Translations under genes and position numbers: made by a program
The notes under the pieces: generated by a model
What the model was told of the DNA's origin: nothing
What the model saw: the letters and a program-made list of their open reading frames with translations, nothing else
Databases searched by the model: none
Assembly: GCF_018350175.1 (NCBI RefSeq)
Contig: NC_058383.1
Coordinates: 3,162,001-3,226,000 of the forward strand
Origin: Felis catus
Taxonomy: Eukaryota
Direction: 5' to 3'
Length of the DNA stretch: 64,000 nucleotides
In this document: in pieces, positions 13,441 to 25,280 of the stretch
Layout of the letters: each line of letters begins with the position of its first letter
How positions within the stretch are numbered: the stretch's first letter is position 1

Positions 13441-14717
13441 ATACGTTACTTTGCAACTTTTTAATTATTTCAAGTTCAGGGTTTTAAAAATACATTAAAA
13501 ATACAATTTGAATATGTAAAAATCAAATAACAATAAGTTTCTCAAAGTAAAAGCTTCTAAATTTTGGAGACGGTCTTGCAGTGATTGGCTCACACCTCTG
13601 TTGGTCCCCTTATGATGTAAGTCACCCCCTGTTGTCACTTCTGCTCTAACAAGACATCTGCTATATGGAATCTGCAATTTCTAGAGGAAGTTGGAATGGG
13701 GCCCGAGCGTGTGCTGTGTTCTTCCTGAGGAAGGGGAAGAAGAGAGAAGAGGAGATACTCCCCATAAGAAAAGAGAATCCAGGGCTGGGAGCTTGTGGAA
13801 ACGTACTCTGCGTCACTTTACTTGGACTCAGGAATATGTAGCAGAATAACTTCGTGGACCGTCTGCCATCCTTTCATCTTCCCCCTCCTATGTCTGTTAC
13901 CCAATGATTTTCTCATAATTATCTGCAGTAAATCTTGCTAAGAGGATTTATGTGAAAAGAAAGCTCTGGCTGGGTAGGCTTCCAAAGCGACCGTTAGAAA
14001 CAAGAACCCCCAGAACAGAGAGAATGGCTGAGCTAAAAGTGAGAAACAATCAAAAGGCCATCTCTCTCCCCTGACACGGCAGCCACAAGAATGGGGCTCT
14101 CCCAGGAAGTCAGCTCTGGGTAAGGAGCCTATACAAAGCTTTTAATCTGCAAAATCCGCCCGGCTCTCCCAGTCACTGCCGGGGACACCACTAGGGGGCG
14201 AGCATGCCAGAGCACCTTGCCCTGTCTGTATGTTGCCTCCATCCTGTATTTGTGTCTATGTGCTGTTTTCAGAAGAACCCCAAGCTCCTTACGAATGCTC
14301 CATACCCTCCATAGCACGCCACCCAGTGCTGGGCGCACAGGGGGTGCTTACAAAGGGCCATAACGTATTTGACAGCACCCCTACACCCCACGATGCCCAA
14401 ACGTGTGCTGGGGAAGCAAGTGTGCCCCACACCTGGTTCAGGGTCCTTGGAGATGGGAATCGTCACATGTCCCCAAGGCCATTCACTGGGGCATGCCCAA
14501 CACTGGAGTGGATGGGCTTCTGGCTTCCAGGGCCACACTTTCATTCCCCTTTTGGACTTTTCTCCTCCACTCTCAAGAAATACATATTTCCCCAAGTCAG
14601 AGAGGAGAAGCAGCCTGAGTACTTAGTATTTATAAACTCCTTTCACCTTGAAATTGCTTTACAAATTTTAAACTTCACTATACTCTTTGGGAGAAGAAAG
14701 AGGTAACATATAATATT

Positions 14718-14825
14718 CAATTTCACACTTGGGAAACAGAAACAGTAAGGTTAAGTAACTTTTGCAAGGCCAGATAGCATATCCGTTAGGAAGGAATTTG
14801 TGACTATATAATTCTGGTCTCAGGC
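14718..14825 (-). mobile_element. MIR fragment
   Basis: 'ggaaacagaaacagtaaggttaagtaacttttgcaaggccagatagc' is an antisense MIR core. Confidence 0.5.
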
Positions 14826-15465
14826 CTTTTTCAAGTGTGTGCTAAAGTAAAAAGCTTCTGAACTCAAAAGTTAACTGTCCCTGTTGAGTAATAAATTAAG
14901 AATTTAAAATGTGACACTACATAAGTTAGACCAAATAAATAAGTTACCTTTGCGTACTGAGGTATCGACATAAATTTATATCATTACCAGAGAAATCAGA
15001 GAGTACTTTCCTGAAATACTAGGATAAAAAATGTTTATATCTTAAATATAAGCTCTTGCAAAGTGTACTTGTTGCTAAGATAAACTTGTAAGGGCTGCCA
15101 CAGTGTCTTGCTGATTTTAATGAGCACAGAAGTTGATGGAGGTTACGTCAGTTTTCTCTATTCACACGTTAGTAACAGAATGAGGGAGAGAGAAGTGAGA
15201 GACTTATATCTGGCTTGTTGGGCTAATGATAGTATAACTTGTCATTGTAAAACCTGAATTTCCAACCGCACTCTTTCCATTATTGAAGTTTGAGTATTGT
15301 AAGGAGACGTTTCATGCTTTCAGAAAAAAGCAGAGCATGTCAAGTCATTCTCTTGCACCGTCAGCTTATTACGTCTGAGCAGATTTTATTTTTTGGTGCC
15401 GAGAGGTGAGGTCAGGTGAAAACTTGTCATGCGGTTGTGTCTGTACCTTCCAAGGGTCGTCGTAG

Positions 15466-15830
15466 TGTACTCTGTCAGGCTAGACTATGGTGACAGATAG
15501 ACTTAAACACAGGGAAGTCCTTCTCTCCTACAGAGAAGCTCGGGATAGGCGCTCCTGGTCCTTGGATTGCTGTCTTCCTCAAGGTGATTCAGAGACACAG
15601 GCTTGCTCCATCCTGTAGCTCCAGTCACTGCTGGCCCTGCCCCAGCCTTTGGAGGGGGTCTGGGCTGGGGGGGGCGGGGACTGGCAAGGAGGAGGCAGGC
15701 CTCCCTAGTAAGAGCTCAGCTTAGAAGCAGCGCATGTCATTCCTGCCAACATTCACTGAAGGGAGCTTGTCATGTGGCCCCATCTACCTGCAAAAGGGCT
15801 TGGAAATACAGATTCTGGTACAGCTGCTTC
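15466..15830 (-). mobile_element. MaLR solo LTR (old MLT1, K/L-like)
   Basis: Starts 'tgtactctgtcaggctagactatg'; contains 'attcagagacacaggcttgctccatcctgtagctcc' and 'tcatgtggccccatctacctgcaaaagggcttggaaatacag'. Confidence 0.7.
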
Positions 15831-16043
15831 CCTAGACATAAATTGCATTTTAGAAACAACAACAAAAATGGAATTTGGTGGGCAGCCAGCCCAGCTGCCA
15901 CGGAAGCTTTTTGCAGCCACGCTTGCTTGTACTTTCCTCTTCAGCCACATTCTTTTTCCCCAAATAGGGGCCTAGACAAGTACTTGGAAGAAAGTTCCAG
16001 AAAGTTGAATTCGTTTTCAGTTGATAGAACAATTGGTTTTTCT

Positions 16044-16129
16044 TTTTTTCTTTCTTTTTTTAAGTTTTATTTATTTTTGAGAGACAGAGTGAAGGAGCAG
16101 GGGGTAGGGCAGAGAGAGGGGGAGAGAGG

Positions 16130-16170
<41 letters not shown>

Positions 16171-16304
16171 TCCGAAGCAGACTCTTGGGATTCTCTGCAC
16201 AGCACAGAGCCTGATGCGGGGCTTGATCTCACAAAGTGTGAGATCATGACCTGAGCTGAAATCAAGAGTTGGGGGCTTTAATGACTGAGCCATCCAGGCA
16301 CCCC
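16044..16304 (-). mobile_element. CAN-SINE with expanded (GA)n
   Basis: T-rich tail, (GA)n at ~16132-16165, ends 'gactgagccatccaggcacccc'. Confidence 0.9.
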
Positions 16305-16331
16305 AGGAATCCACCCAGGCACCCCAGGAAT

Positions 16332-16522
16332 TTTTTTAAGTTTATTTTGAGAGACAGCGTGTGGGGGGGAGGGGCAGAGAGAGAGAGAGAAAGAATCCCA
16401 ATCACCGTCCGCACTGTCAGTACAGAGCCCAACGTGGGGCTCCATCCCACGAACCATGAGATCGTGACCTGAGCTGAAATCAAGGGTCAGACACTCAACC
16501 AGCTGAGCCACCCAGGCGCCCC
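16332..16522 (-). mobile_element. CAN-SINE, tandem with the previous copy
   Basis: Ends 'ctgagccacccaggcgcccc'. Confidence 0.9.
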
Positions 16523-17807
16523 GAGGAATTGATTTTTCTGGTTAGAGTTCAGTCAAGGAAGAATACTCTCTGGGGCATTCTGAAAATTCCAAGAAAATGT
16601 ACTTAGTTTTACCAGAGAGGTAGGAGACCGCAGGGTCAAGGAAGGGAGTCTCACAAGTGAAGATCTACAATGAATGCCTGGACCTTAACAACTAGGGCCA
16701 CATGACCTCAGCATGTTAAAATGTTGTTGCATGGCCAAGGGCAGGGACAGGTCCACAGATGTACTGTTTGGAGAATAACCCTCTGGTCTTTCTCCTCGAA
16801 ATCAGAAGATGACTTAGGTTTTGACAAATTTCACATTAGAAAAAGTCTTCTAATTACAGAAGAATCTGTAATTAAGAATCCCCTTAAGTAAACATTAATA
16901 CTATCAGTAACACTACTGTGATTTCAAAACCCCCATCTTTTACCTTCCACTGTCTCACATAAATAACAAGTAGAGAGATACAGGAGCCCCAGGAACAGAG
17001 AGGGCAGCCGCACCGAGGAAGCAGTCAAAGCAGCCTCTGTTCCTGGCACACTTAGCCTATGCCCTTGACCTTTGCTGTTGCCCAAACCAAGACCATTGGA
17101 GAGAAGAAACTTGTGAGAGCCAGCAGTAGAGCATATTGTCGTCTTCTCCCCTGTAAGCCTGGTCATGAATGACATCTGATTTGAAACCACAATTTACTAC
17201 TGTAATAAAGTTTCTGAAATTACTGCAGAAGGAACTCAATTGTATTGAACAGTCAATTGATTCTGAGCTAAAACATGCTTACATCACCAAATAATGACCG
17301 TTTTGAGAAAAATGAGGGTATATTCAGGCACCAGTATCTCAGCAAGAGGGACACCGTTAAAATTCTTCAGGGGAAAAGAAATTGCTGATTTTCGTAGTTT
17401 GCTTGAAGCCCCATCACCTTCCGCCATCCCAGCATCCCAGTGAGACGGACCAGGAGTTCCTACTTGCAAGAGGAAGAGTCTTGGTATCTGAGACGTTCTT
17501 GGCCAAGAGCGTTTCAGCCTAATACCAGCATCTGGTTTGTAAGGATCTTCACGCTACTTCAAGCAAAATGTGACGGCCCCTCGAGTGACAGAAACTTTTG
17601 TTTGAAGAATTGAATTGAGAGGTATGCTTACTAAAATCCATGAACTCTGGTCAGTGAAGAATATAAAGTTAATGCTTCTGGATGTTAAGATAGGTAGTAT
17701 ATGCGAACAGCGAAACTGGAAATGGTAACTCTGCTCTAGGTACTTCTTACTTACAGAATGGTGGCTTTTGGTAGCCGTGTGGCATGTTCTAAGGCCTAAA
17801 TGTCACT

Positions 17808-18812
17808 TTTTTTTTCAATTTAAATTCAGGTTAACATACAGTGTAGTTTGGCTTCAGGAGTAGAACCCAGTGATTCATCTCTTAGATGTGACATCCAATG
17901 CTCCTCCCCAAAAAGTGCCCTTCTTAATACCCATCACCCACTCAACCCACCCCTACCACCTCCTCTCCAGCAACCCTCAGTTTGTTCTCTGTATTTAAGA
18001 GTTTCTTATAGTTTGCTTCCCTATTTTTATCTTATTTTTCCTTTCCTTCCCTTATGTTCATCGGTTTTGTTTCTTAAATTCCACATGTAAGTGAAATCAT
18101 ATGATATTTGTCTTTCTCTGACTTATTTCACTTAGCATAATACACTCCAGTTCCATCCACATTGTTTCAATGGCAAGATTTCATTCTTTTTCATCTCCGA
18201 GTGGTATTCCATTGTGTGTGTGTAGGTGTGTATGGATGTGTGTATATCCATTCATCACTTGATGGGCATTTGGGCTCTTTCCATAATTTGGCTATTATTG
18301 ATAGTATTGCTATAAACATTGGGTTGAACGTGTCCCTTCAAAGCAGCATTTTTGTATTCTTTGGATAAATACCTAGTAGTACAATTACTGGGTCATAGGG
18401 TAGTTCTGTTTTTAATTTTTTGAGGAACCTCCACACTGTTTTCCAGAGTGGCTGCACCAGTTTGTGTTCCCACCAACAGTGCAAGAGGGTTCCCCTTTCT
18501 CCTCATCCTTGCCAGCATTTGTTGTTTCTAAGTTGTTTATTTTGTCCGTTTTGACAGGTGTGAGGTGGTATCTGAGTGTGGTTTTGGTTTGTATTTCCCT
18601 GATGATGAGTGATGTTGACCATTTTTTCACGTGTCTCTTCACTATTTGGATGTCTTTGGAGGAGTGTGTATTCATGTCTTTTCCCCATTTCTTCACTGGG
18701 TTATTTTGGGGGGACTGTTAAGTTTGGCAAGTTCTTTATAGATTTTGATACTAACCCTTTATCTGATACATCGCTTGCAAATATCTTTTCCCATTCTGTC
18801 GATTGCCTTTTA
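17808..18812 (-). mobile_element. 5'-truncated carnivore L1 (3' UTR plus ORF2 C-terminus)
   Basis: Poly-T tail then carnivore L1 3' UTR; ORF 18412..18696 translates to the L1 ORF2 motif '[18 protein letters not shown]'; TSD-like GTCACTT(T/C)TTT on both sides. Confidence 0.9.
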
Positions 18813-19869
18813 GTCACTTCTTTACATGTTTTCATTTAAGGGAGTAAGTGAATTCTTTGTTTTATATTTTGTTTGTAAGTTTTCCAGAATATTTGTTTTT
18901 ATTTGGGTTTAATCCACTGCATTGTAGTTGTTTCTGATTTTATTCTTTGTTACTGAATCATTTCCAAGATTACAAATGAAATTTTAAAGGATGTAAGCTT
19001 TTAATGCTTCAGAAACATTAAAATGTTGATAGTGGGCAACATCAAACTCTGGGTTCTCTCTTGGAATCGGGAGCTGGGGGAAGTCATAGCTCACCACAGA
19101 GCCAGCAGACCTCCTGGTTCCAAGTTTGTAGGAAATGGTCTAACACCAGAGCCAGTCTCCCCTTCACCCAATGTCTTGTCACTAACCACCTCTTTCCTGT
19201 GTAGTCCAGAGGGGTGTAAATCACAACAAAAGGTTTTTGCTCACCCACTTTGCTAGATATATTGGAAAGAAACGCCATTCATTACATGCTAATCAAACTG
19301 TAATTGCCTGTCTCCGTGATAAATAGATCATGAATAAGGTAGGTCTCTGAAGTGACACTCTCGGGGACGTGCCTTTCAGTCTTTACAGCCATGACATGCT
19401 TGTGACAAGAAAGCAGGCTTGCTGTTAGGGAGACAACAATGTTTCCCTCTATTGAAGGGAATTGATTTTTAAAAATTTCACCTGCATCATAAAGAGGCGT
19501 TGGAGAAAGTATGCCTCCCTGATTGTTTACATGGCAGATAGAGAAGCAAGTTACTTCTAGTTTAAAAAGCAACCTTGTTGCCATATTGATTTAATCAGAG
19601 TTCTATTTGTTTGTGTCTGCTGATCTAATGTGTAATCAGAATCCCTAAATAGGAAATGGTTTCATTCCATTGCTCTGTATTCTGGAAGGAAAGTGTGATG
19701 CTGAATTTACCATTAACGTTTACCACCAGCTTGTCACGAACCGGCGCCGAAACCCTCTGCGTTATTTCTGTGCTCTCTCTGTGAGGCTGGTTCTGCCCTG
19801 CCCATCCTTCTGTTTTTCCCAGGGACAGCAATTAGAAATGAATGATCAAGAACAAAGCATATTAATCAG

Positions 19870-20225
19870 AGAACACACTTTTTTCAGAATTTCTTAACTT
19901 TTAATGTTCCTTTTCCGTCCCAGGATATCATACAGGATCCCACTGTTAACACTTAGGCCCCATTTTTCCTTAGGCTCCTCCAATCTTTGGGAGTTTGTCA
20001 GATTTCCTTGTTTTTTATGACCTTGACAATTGTAGGGTCGTGCTGGTCATGTACTGTGTAAAACATCCTTTATTGGGGCTTTCTCTGATATTATTTCCAT
20101 GGTTAGACAGAGGCCTTAATAAGTGTGTGGAAGAGTATCACAGAAGTCAAGTGCCATTCTCATCGCATGATATCAAGGGCACGCCCTGTCAACATGACTC
20201 TTCACTGCTGATGTTGACATTGGAA
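19870..20225 (-). mobile_element. L1MC-type 3' region fragment
   Basis: 'tttccttgttttttatgaccttgaca', 'cacagaagtcaagtgccattctcatcgcatgatatcaaggg'. Confidence 0.7.
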
Positions 20226-20273
20226 GTGTTTGCTCTGGTGGTAATGTCTTCAGATATTCCTGGCAGTCTAGAT

Positions 20274-20499
20274 GAGTGGTTCAGGGGCAGGGGGAGGATT
20301 TTATCCCTTAGGGGACACTTGGTAACAGCTGGGGACATTTTTGGTTGTCACACTGGGTAGAGGGGTGCTTACTGACATCTTGTGGGTGAAGGCCAGGTGA
20401 AGGGTGAGGGACGCTGCTGGGCATCCTACGATGCACAAACAGCCATCCACCATAACTCTCTGACATAAATGTCAGTAGTGCCCAGGTTGAGAAACACAC
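20274..20499 (+). mobile_element. MER20 (hAT-Charlie) DNA transposon
   Basis: 'ggggacatttttggttgtcacactggg...ctgacatcttgtgggtgaaggccagg...gacgctgctgggcatcctacgatgcac...aaatgtcagtagtgcccaggttgagaaac'. Confidence 0.85.
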
Positions 20500-20694
20500 G
20501 ATTGCTTATGTTGTCTCCAGTTTTTTTCTGGTGCACCTTTGCCTAGACCCTGAGACATGTTATATTAGGTTTGGTGTAAAGGATGTTAGATGATCCCAGA
20601 GAACATCTGTGACCCTGGGTCAACCTAAGAATGGAACTTGTGGAATGACTTCTAGAACAGTGGTTACCACTCAGCATGTTTGAATAGAACACCT

Positions 20695-20747
20695 ATTTAT
20701 GTATGTATGTATGTATGTATGTATATATATATATTTATTTATTTATT

Positions 20748-20802
<55 letters not shown>

Positions 20803-20959
20803 ACGAGTGGGGGAGAGGCAGAGAGAGAAGGAGACACAGAATCTGAAGCAGCTCCAGGCTCTGAGCCATTAGCTGATTCGGGGCTCAAACTCATGAACTG
20901 CGAGACCATGACCTGAGCCGAAGTCAGATGCTCAACAGACTGAGCCACCCCGGCACCCC
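20695..20959 (-). mobile_element. CAN-SINE with (TATG)n/(TA)n tail and a long (GA)n microsatellite
   Basis: (GA)n at 20751-20799; ends 'ctgagccaccccggcacccc'. Confidence 0.92.
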
Positions 20960-22166
20960 TGAAGACCTTTTTTAATGACCAAAACTTTCTAGGAGTCTCA
21001 CGTAATCATTGACCTCTTATTTATTCAGTAAGTAAGAAAACGTATAATGGGGCTGTGTGCACACACGCCCCCACACACAAAAACCACGGATTTAGTGCAA
21101 TGTTTGTAGTGATTTCTATTAATCAGAACATCTGAAAAGCAATACTACATATGTGTCTGTGTGAGACCCACTTCGTATTCAGTCTATAGGTAGTGCTGGG
21201 ATACGTATGGATTTGATGGTCCCTGGAAGAAAATCCTTGTCCTCACAAGGGAAAATGGCTTACAGCTTGGGAATGAGGATAATTAATGAGGATTCCTTTG
21301 AGACATAGGTGACCTAGAGAAGACTCACATCAGTAGCTAAACAAGTGGTCAGCCTAGGAGATGGGAGAGACATCTTAACCCCACAGGCAGCGACTGGTTA
21401 CTAAATGTCTGCAAATGCAGGTGGGGATTCTAACATATTTTTCACGCCTTATCGCCTGTCATTAAGGGAATCTGGCAGCTGAGGTACCGGGCTGCTTTCT
21501 TTATCCCTAGTCAGAGTAGGAGCTCTGGAGAGAAGCCAGTGGATGGAAGAAACTATTGCCAAGGCTCTGAATCTTCTGGGACCATCTGTGTCCACTTTTT
21601 CAAAGAGCAGATTGTGAAATGACAGGAACATAGGACATGGGGGGTAATAGAGATGTGAACGAGAAGACTCCAGGAAGGCAGAGAGGGAACTGGTGCCAGC
21701 AGGAAGAGCCCGTCAGAAGATTAAGTGTCCTGGCAGCAGGACTGAGAGGATGAGGTGACAAATGGCCTTTTTCTCTGGGACAGAAGCCAATAGCATGTGA
21801 GAGTTGTGGCTTGGGTTCCAGATCTTAGATCATTTTCCCTTACTCACAAAATTAAGGTCCACATTCCTTCCAGGAAAGTAGCTAGAGCAAACAGATCAAA
21901 AGGCAAGCCAAGTGGAAGGGCCTCAGATGTGGTAAGAGGATGGAGGGTGCGAGAGGATGTATAATCAGCTGTTTTGGCAACTGTACCCACCACACTCTAG
22001 CCTTGAAGATTTTTACTTTGGCTCCCAAACCGGAGGCATTTTCATGGTTATGCCATCAGTCTTTGAAATACAGCATCAGGCTTAAGGTCCCAGATGAACC
22101 TTAGGATAGTTTTTATTTTGATAGTTTTGTTTCTCAATTTATATTCTCTACTTGTCTTTTGAGTAG

Positions 22167-22590
22167 TGTATCAGTTAGCTATTGCCGTGTAACAAACCAT
22201 TTCCAAACTTAGTGGTTTCAAAGAATAACTTTTTGTTATTCCTCATGAGTCTCTGGGTCAGTTAGGTGTTCTGTTGATCTGGGCTCACTTATACAGCCAT
22301 GGCCATAGAGAGCAGGATGCCTGGGAATGGCTGATAAAGGATGGCCTCACATGGATGCATTTCTCTTCCACATGGCTCCTGTATCTTTCCATAAGGCTCA
22401 AATGGGCGTGTTTTCACAGTAAAGGGTCCAGGAGAGAAAGCAGGAATTCACAAATGCTTTTTCAAACTGCCACTTGTGTTACATTTGCTACTGAACCACT
22501 GTGAAGCAAGTCACATGACCAAGTCCAGCCTCCACGCAGGAGGACGCTACTCCAGAAAGTGGATACAGGGAGGCGGAGATGTTCTAGAAC
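22167..22590 (-). mobile_element. MaLR solo LTR (MLT1, H/I/J-like)
   Basis: Begins 'tgtatcagttagctattgccgtgtaacaaaccatttccaaacttagtggtttcaaa', the reverse complement of the MLT1 3' terminus; later 'gcaagtcacatgaccaagtccag'. Confidence 0.85.
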
Positions 22591-23728
22591 TGGTGAAATA
22601 CTAAGCAAGCCAGTTGATACCTGCTAGTTGTCAGAAGGACTTTTCTCCTGCTGATTCTTTTATTTTTGGTATTGTCGTTTTGGAGCAAAACACATTATGG
22701 ATTTTAGTCTGCTTGCTAGTTGAGATCCACCTCAGCAGACATCTTGACTACACATTTTAAGTTGGTAATTTTTCTGTCTCTTAACCTGTTCCATCTGTGA
22801 TCATTCTATCACCTACATGATGATGACAGAAACCCCAGGAATGCAAGCACTACTCTAATGCAGCCTGTTCAGAGAACTGAATAAAAGAAGGGTATAGATT
22901 TATGAAGAAACAGAATGGAATCCCCATGGAGAAGAACCTCCTGCTAATTTTATTTTTAAGATGAAATGATGAAGGAAGACGTATGCGTTCCAGTTGGCTT
23001 TCTGGTTTCTAGCAGTAGGCGGTGCAGAATCGCGAACTGGGACCTCCAGCTGTCTGTGTGTTTTGTCGGGAGGGCATGGGGAAACTGCCGATTTTTGAAC
23101 TGTTGTGATCAAATGGGTACAGAAGGATTGATAAATATATATGAATATCAAAATGCATTTTTGCACTTTGGGAGGAGAGATATACCATGTTACTTGGAGC
23201 TCTTTAAAATAGAATAAAGTGGAACTTTGTAACGTTCCAAGGTAAAGATAAGGAAGATTTTTCTTGAAGTTTACACGGTAAGTTTCTACTTTGTGTCATT
23301 CATATTTACTCATTCCCATCTGTCCTCTCTCAATCTTAACTATTTCTCTTTGCAGATTTTTTGTTCGATGCTAATAATTATACTTTTATATTCTTACTGG
23401 CAACACATTTCTCCACGTGGGATGTTCTGAGACTGAGAGGCAAACACTAATTAATCCTTGCAATATGTCTTCTTTATTTGTTTAATCAAGACACTGAAAT
23501 GCCTAGGAGTTTAGCAACAGAGAGGATGCGAATGAAGCCTTCAGTTCAGGATTCCATAGCTGCTACAGTAAGCATCATAAGGCAGAGCCCGTGAGACAGC
23601 TCAAGGCTTAACCCTCGCTGGACTATAAGGGTGGTGACTAGATTGTTCGGAGGAGCTGCTCACGGTTTCCTGAAGTGGCCATTCTTGCTGTGGAGAGGGA
23701 GCATTTTGGTTGGAAGCCATGCAGTGGA

Positions 23729-23830
23729 ATCTAAGGGGACAACCCCATTTCTAGGAAGGGATCTAAGGGGACAACCCTGTTTCTAGAAACTAACAATGAG
23801 ATTTAAGGGGACAGCCCAGTTTCTAGGAAG
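23729..23830. repeat. Three-copy imperfect tandem repeat (32-40 bp spacing)
   Basis: AT(C/T)TAAGGGGACA(A/G)CCC..TTTCTAG(G/A)AA starting at 23729, 23761 and 23801. Confidence 0.9.
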
Positions 23831-25077
23831 TAATCTTAGGAGCTGTGGGCTTGCCTTTTGGTCTATACATTGGCAAGCACCCCATCCCTGGGACTCTGTG
23901 TTTTTTTTTTCCCAATTAAATAAAATGGACCCTATGGAATTCAGTGATAAGCATAGAAGCGTTTGACAAGTTTCTTAAAAAGAAGGTGTTATATCATATA
24001 TCACTATGAATGTCTAACTTTGTGATGTGTTTGGTCTTTAAAAGGTCTTTAAATTTATCACCTGGTGTCTTAAATAGGCCACTTGAGTCAAATTCTGATT
24101 TTCCAGTGGATACGTGGTCCGAAGAACAGGATGGCATGAGAATAGTTACTACATTGGGAAGCGTTCTGAATGTGTGCAGTTAGGTGGCTGTGCCCAAGGA
24201 ATTATTTGTAATATGTCACTCGATAGAGACTGTCTCATGAGTTAGTTTTCACCCTTGATACACAGAGATCACAAGCAGTAGAAGCATCCCTTTTAACTCA
24301 AGTGGATTCACTCGGTTCTTTCTTCAGAACTGCAGCTTCTGAGTTTCCCTGCTCTGGGGTCAGAGTGTTGACAGGTGAATGGCTGTGGAGCTGTGGCTTC
24401 TGTCCCCGGCTGCCTTCTCGAGCCCCACCCCATTTTATAGGGCAGTTAATATCTGCATCACTCTCAGCCCCTGAGTGCCCAAGGCTATGTCTGTCTTCTT
24501 TGGCTCTTGCTTCCCTAGCCCTTGGTGCAGTGACTAACAATAAAGTGGTGAGGACATATTTATGAAATGAAGGAGTGAATGGAAGAGCGTGGGGGGCTAG
24601 AAGTGGCTCCCCTCACTGGTGTTTCGGAAACCAGTTGTCTTTCAGCCTTCTCTGCACGGAGTTTACCCCAGTTCTCATGCCCTACAGTGACTGTTGTCAG
24701 GACAGATGGCTCTCGAATCTGAATGCCATCAGGATCACCTTGGACCCTTGGCGTGGACTCCCACCCCCCAGTTACTGAGTTAGGTTCTCCAAGGAGTGGG
24801 CTCAAGAGTTTAATTTTCATAAGACTCCAGAACGTCTCAGATCACCTACCCTGAGAAAGCACGTCCGGAACTGTTGGTGCAGACCTGCCACGTGCCCTGG
24901 TTGTGCCCGTAGTGAAAGCGCCTTTGCTGTGGCCCAAGTTCCCAGTAAGTCGAAGGCTCTTAGAACCCATTTTATCTTCATGACAGGTGGTTGGAATTAA
25001 GGAGCAATAGCTCTCTTCATTTACCTGTGAGATCATGCTGGTGTTTAACTATAGTTGTCATAAAATTTATTCCAGTC

Positions 25078-25280
25078 GGGGTGCCTGGGTGACTCAGTCA
25101 GTAAGCATGTGACTCTTGATTTCAGCTCAGGTCATGATCTCACGGTTCGTGAGATTGAGCCCCACATCAGGCTCCATGCTGGCGGTGTGGAGTCTACTTG
25201 GGATTCTCTCTCTCCCTCCCTGCCTCTCCCCCACTAGTGTGCCACACATGCTCCCTCTCAATAAGTAAACTTTAAATAAA
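25078..25280 (+). mobile_element. CAN-SINE (older subfamily)
   Basis: 'ggggtgcctgggtgactcagtcagtaagcatgtgactcttgatttcagctcagg'; TAAAATTTATT occurs on both sides. Confidence 0.9.

Noticed and set aside
14948..15010. 63-nt minus-strand exon candidate (TTTCAG / ... AAG / GTAACT; open frame KVLSDFSGNDINLCRYLSTQ)
   Set aside because: Peptide not recognised, a competing AG lies 9 nt upstream, no partner exons found, and the strand conflicts with the LTR orientation bias. Would need RNA-seq support.
15603..16169. 188-aa ORF
   Set aside because: Runs through an MLT1 LTR into a SINE (GA)n tract (ERERER); not a gene.
22817..22880. Box C (ATGATGA) and box D (CTGA) spaced like a C/D snoRNA
   Set aside because: No terminal stem, no clear internal C'/D' boxes and no recognisable rRNA/snRNA guide.
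23729..23830. Repeat-spacer pattern superficially like a CRISPR array
   Set aside because: Mammalian DNA, only three degenerate near-contiguous units with no unique spacers and no cas genes.
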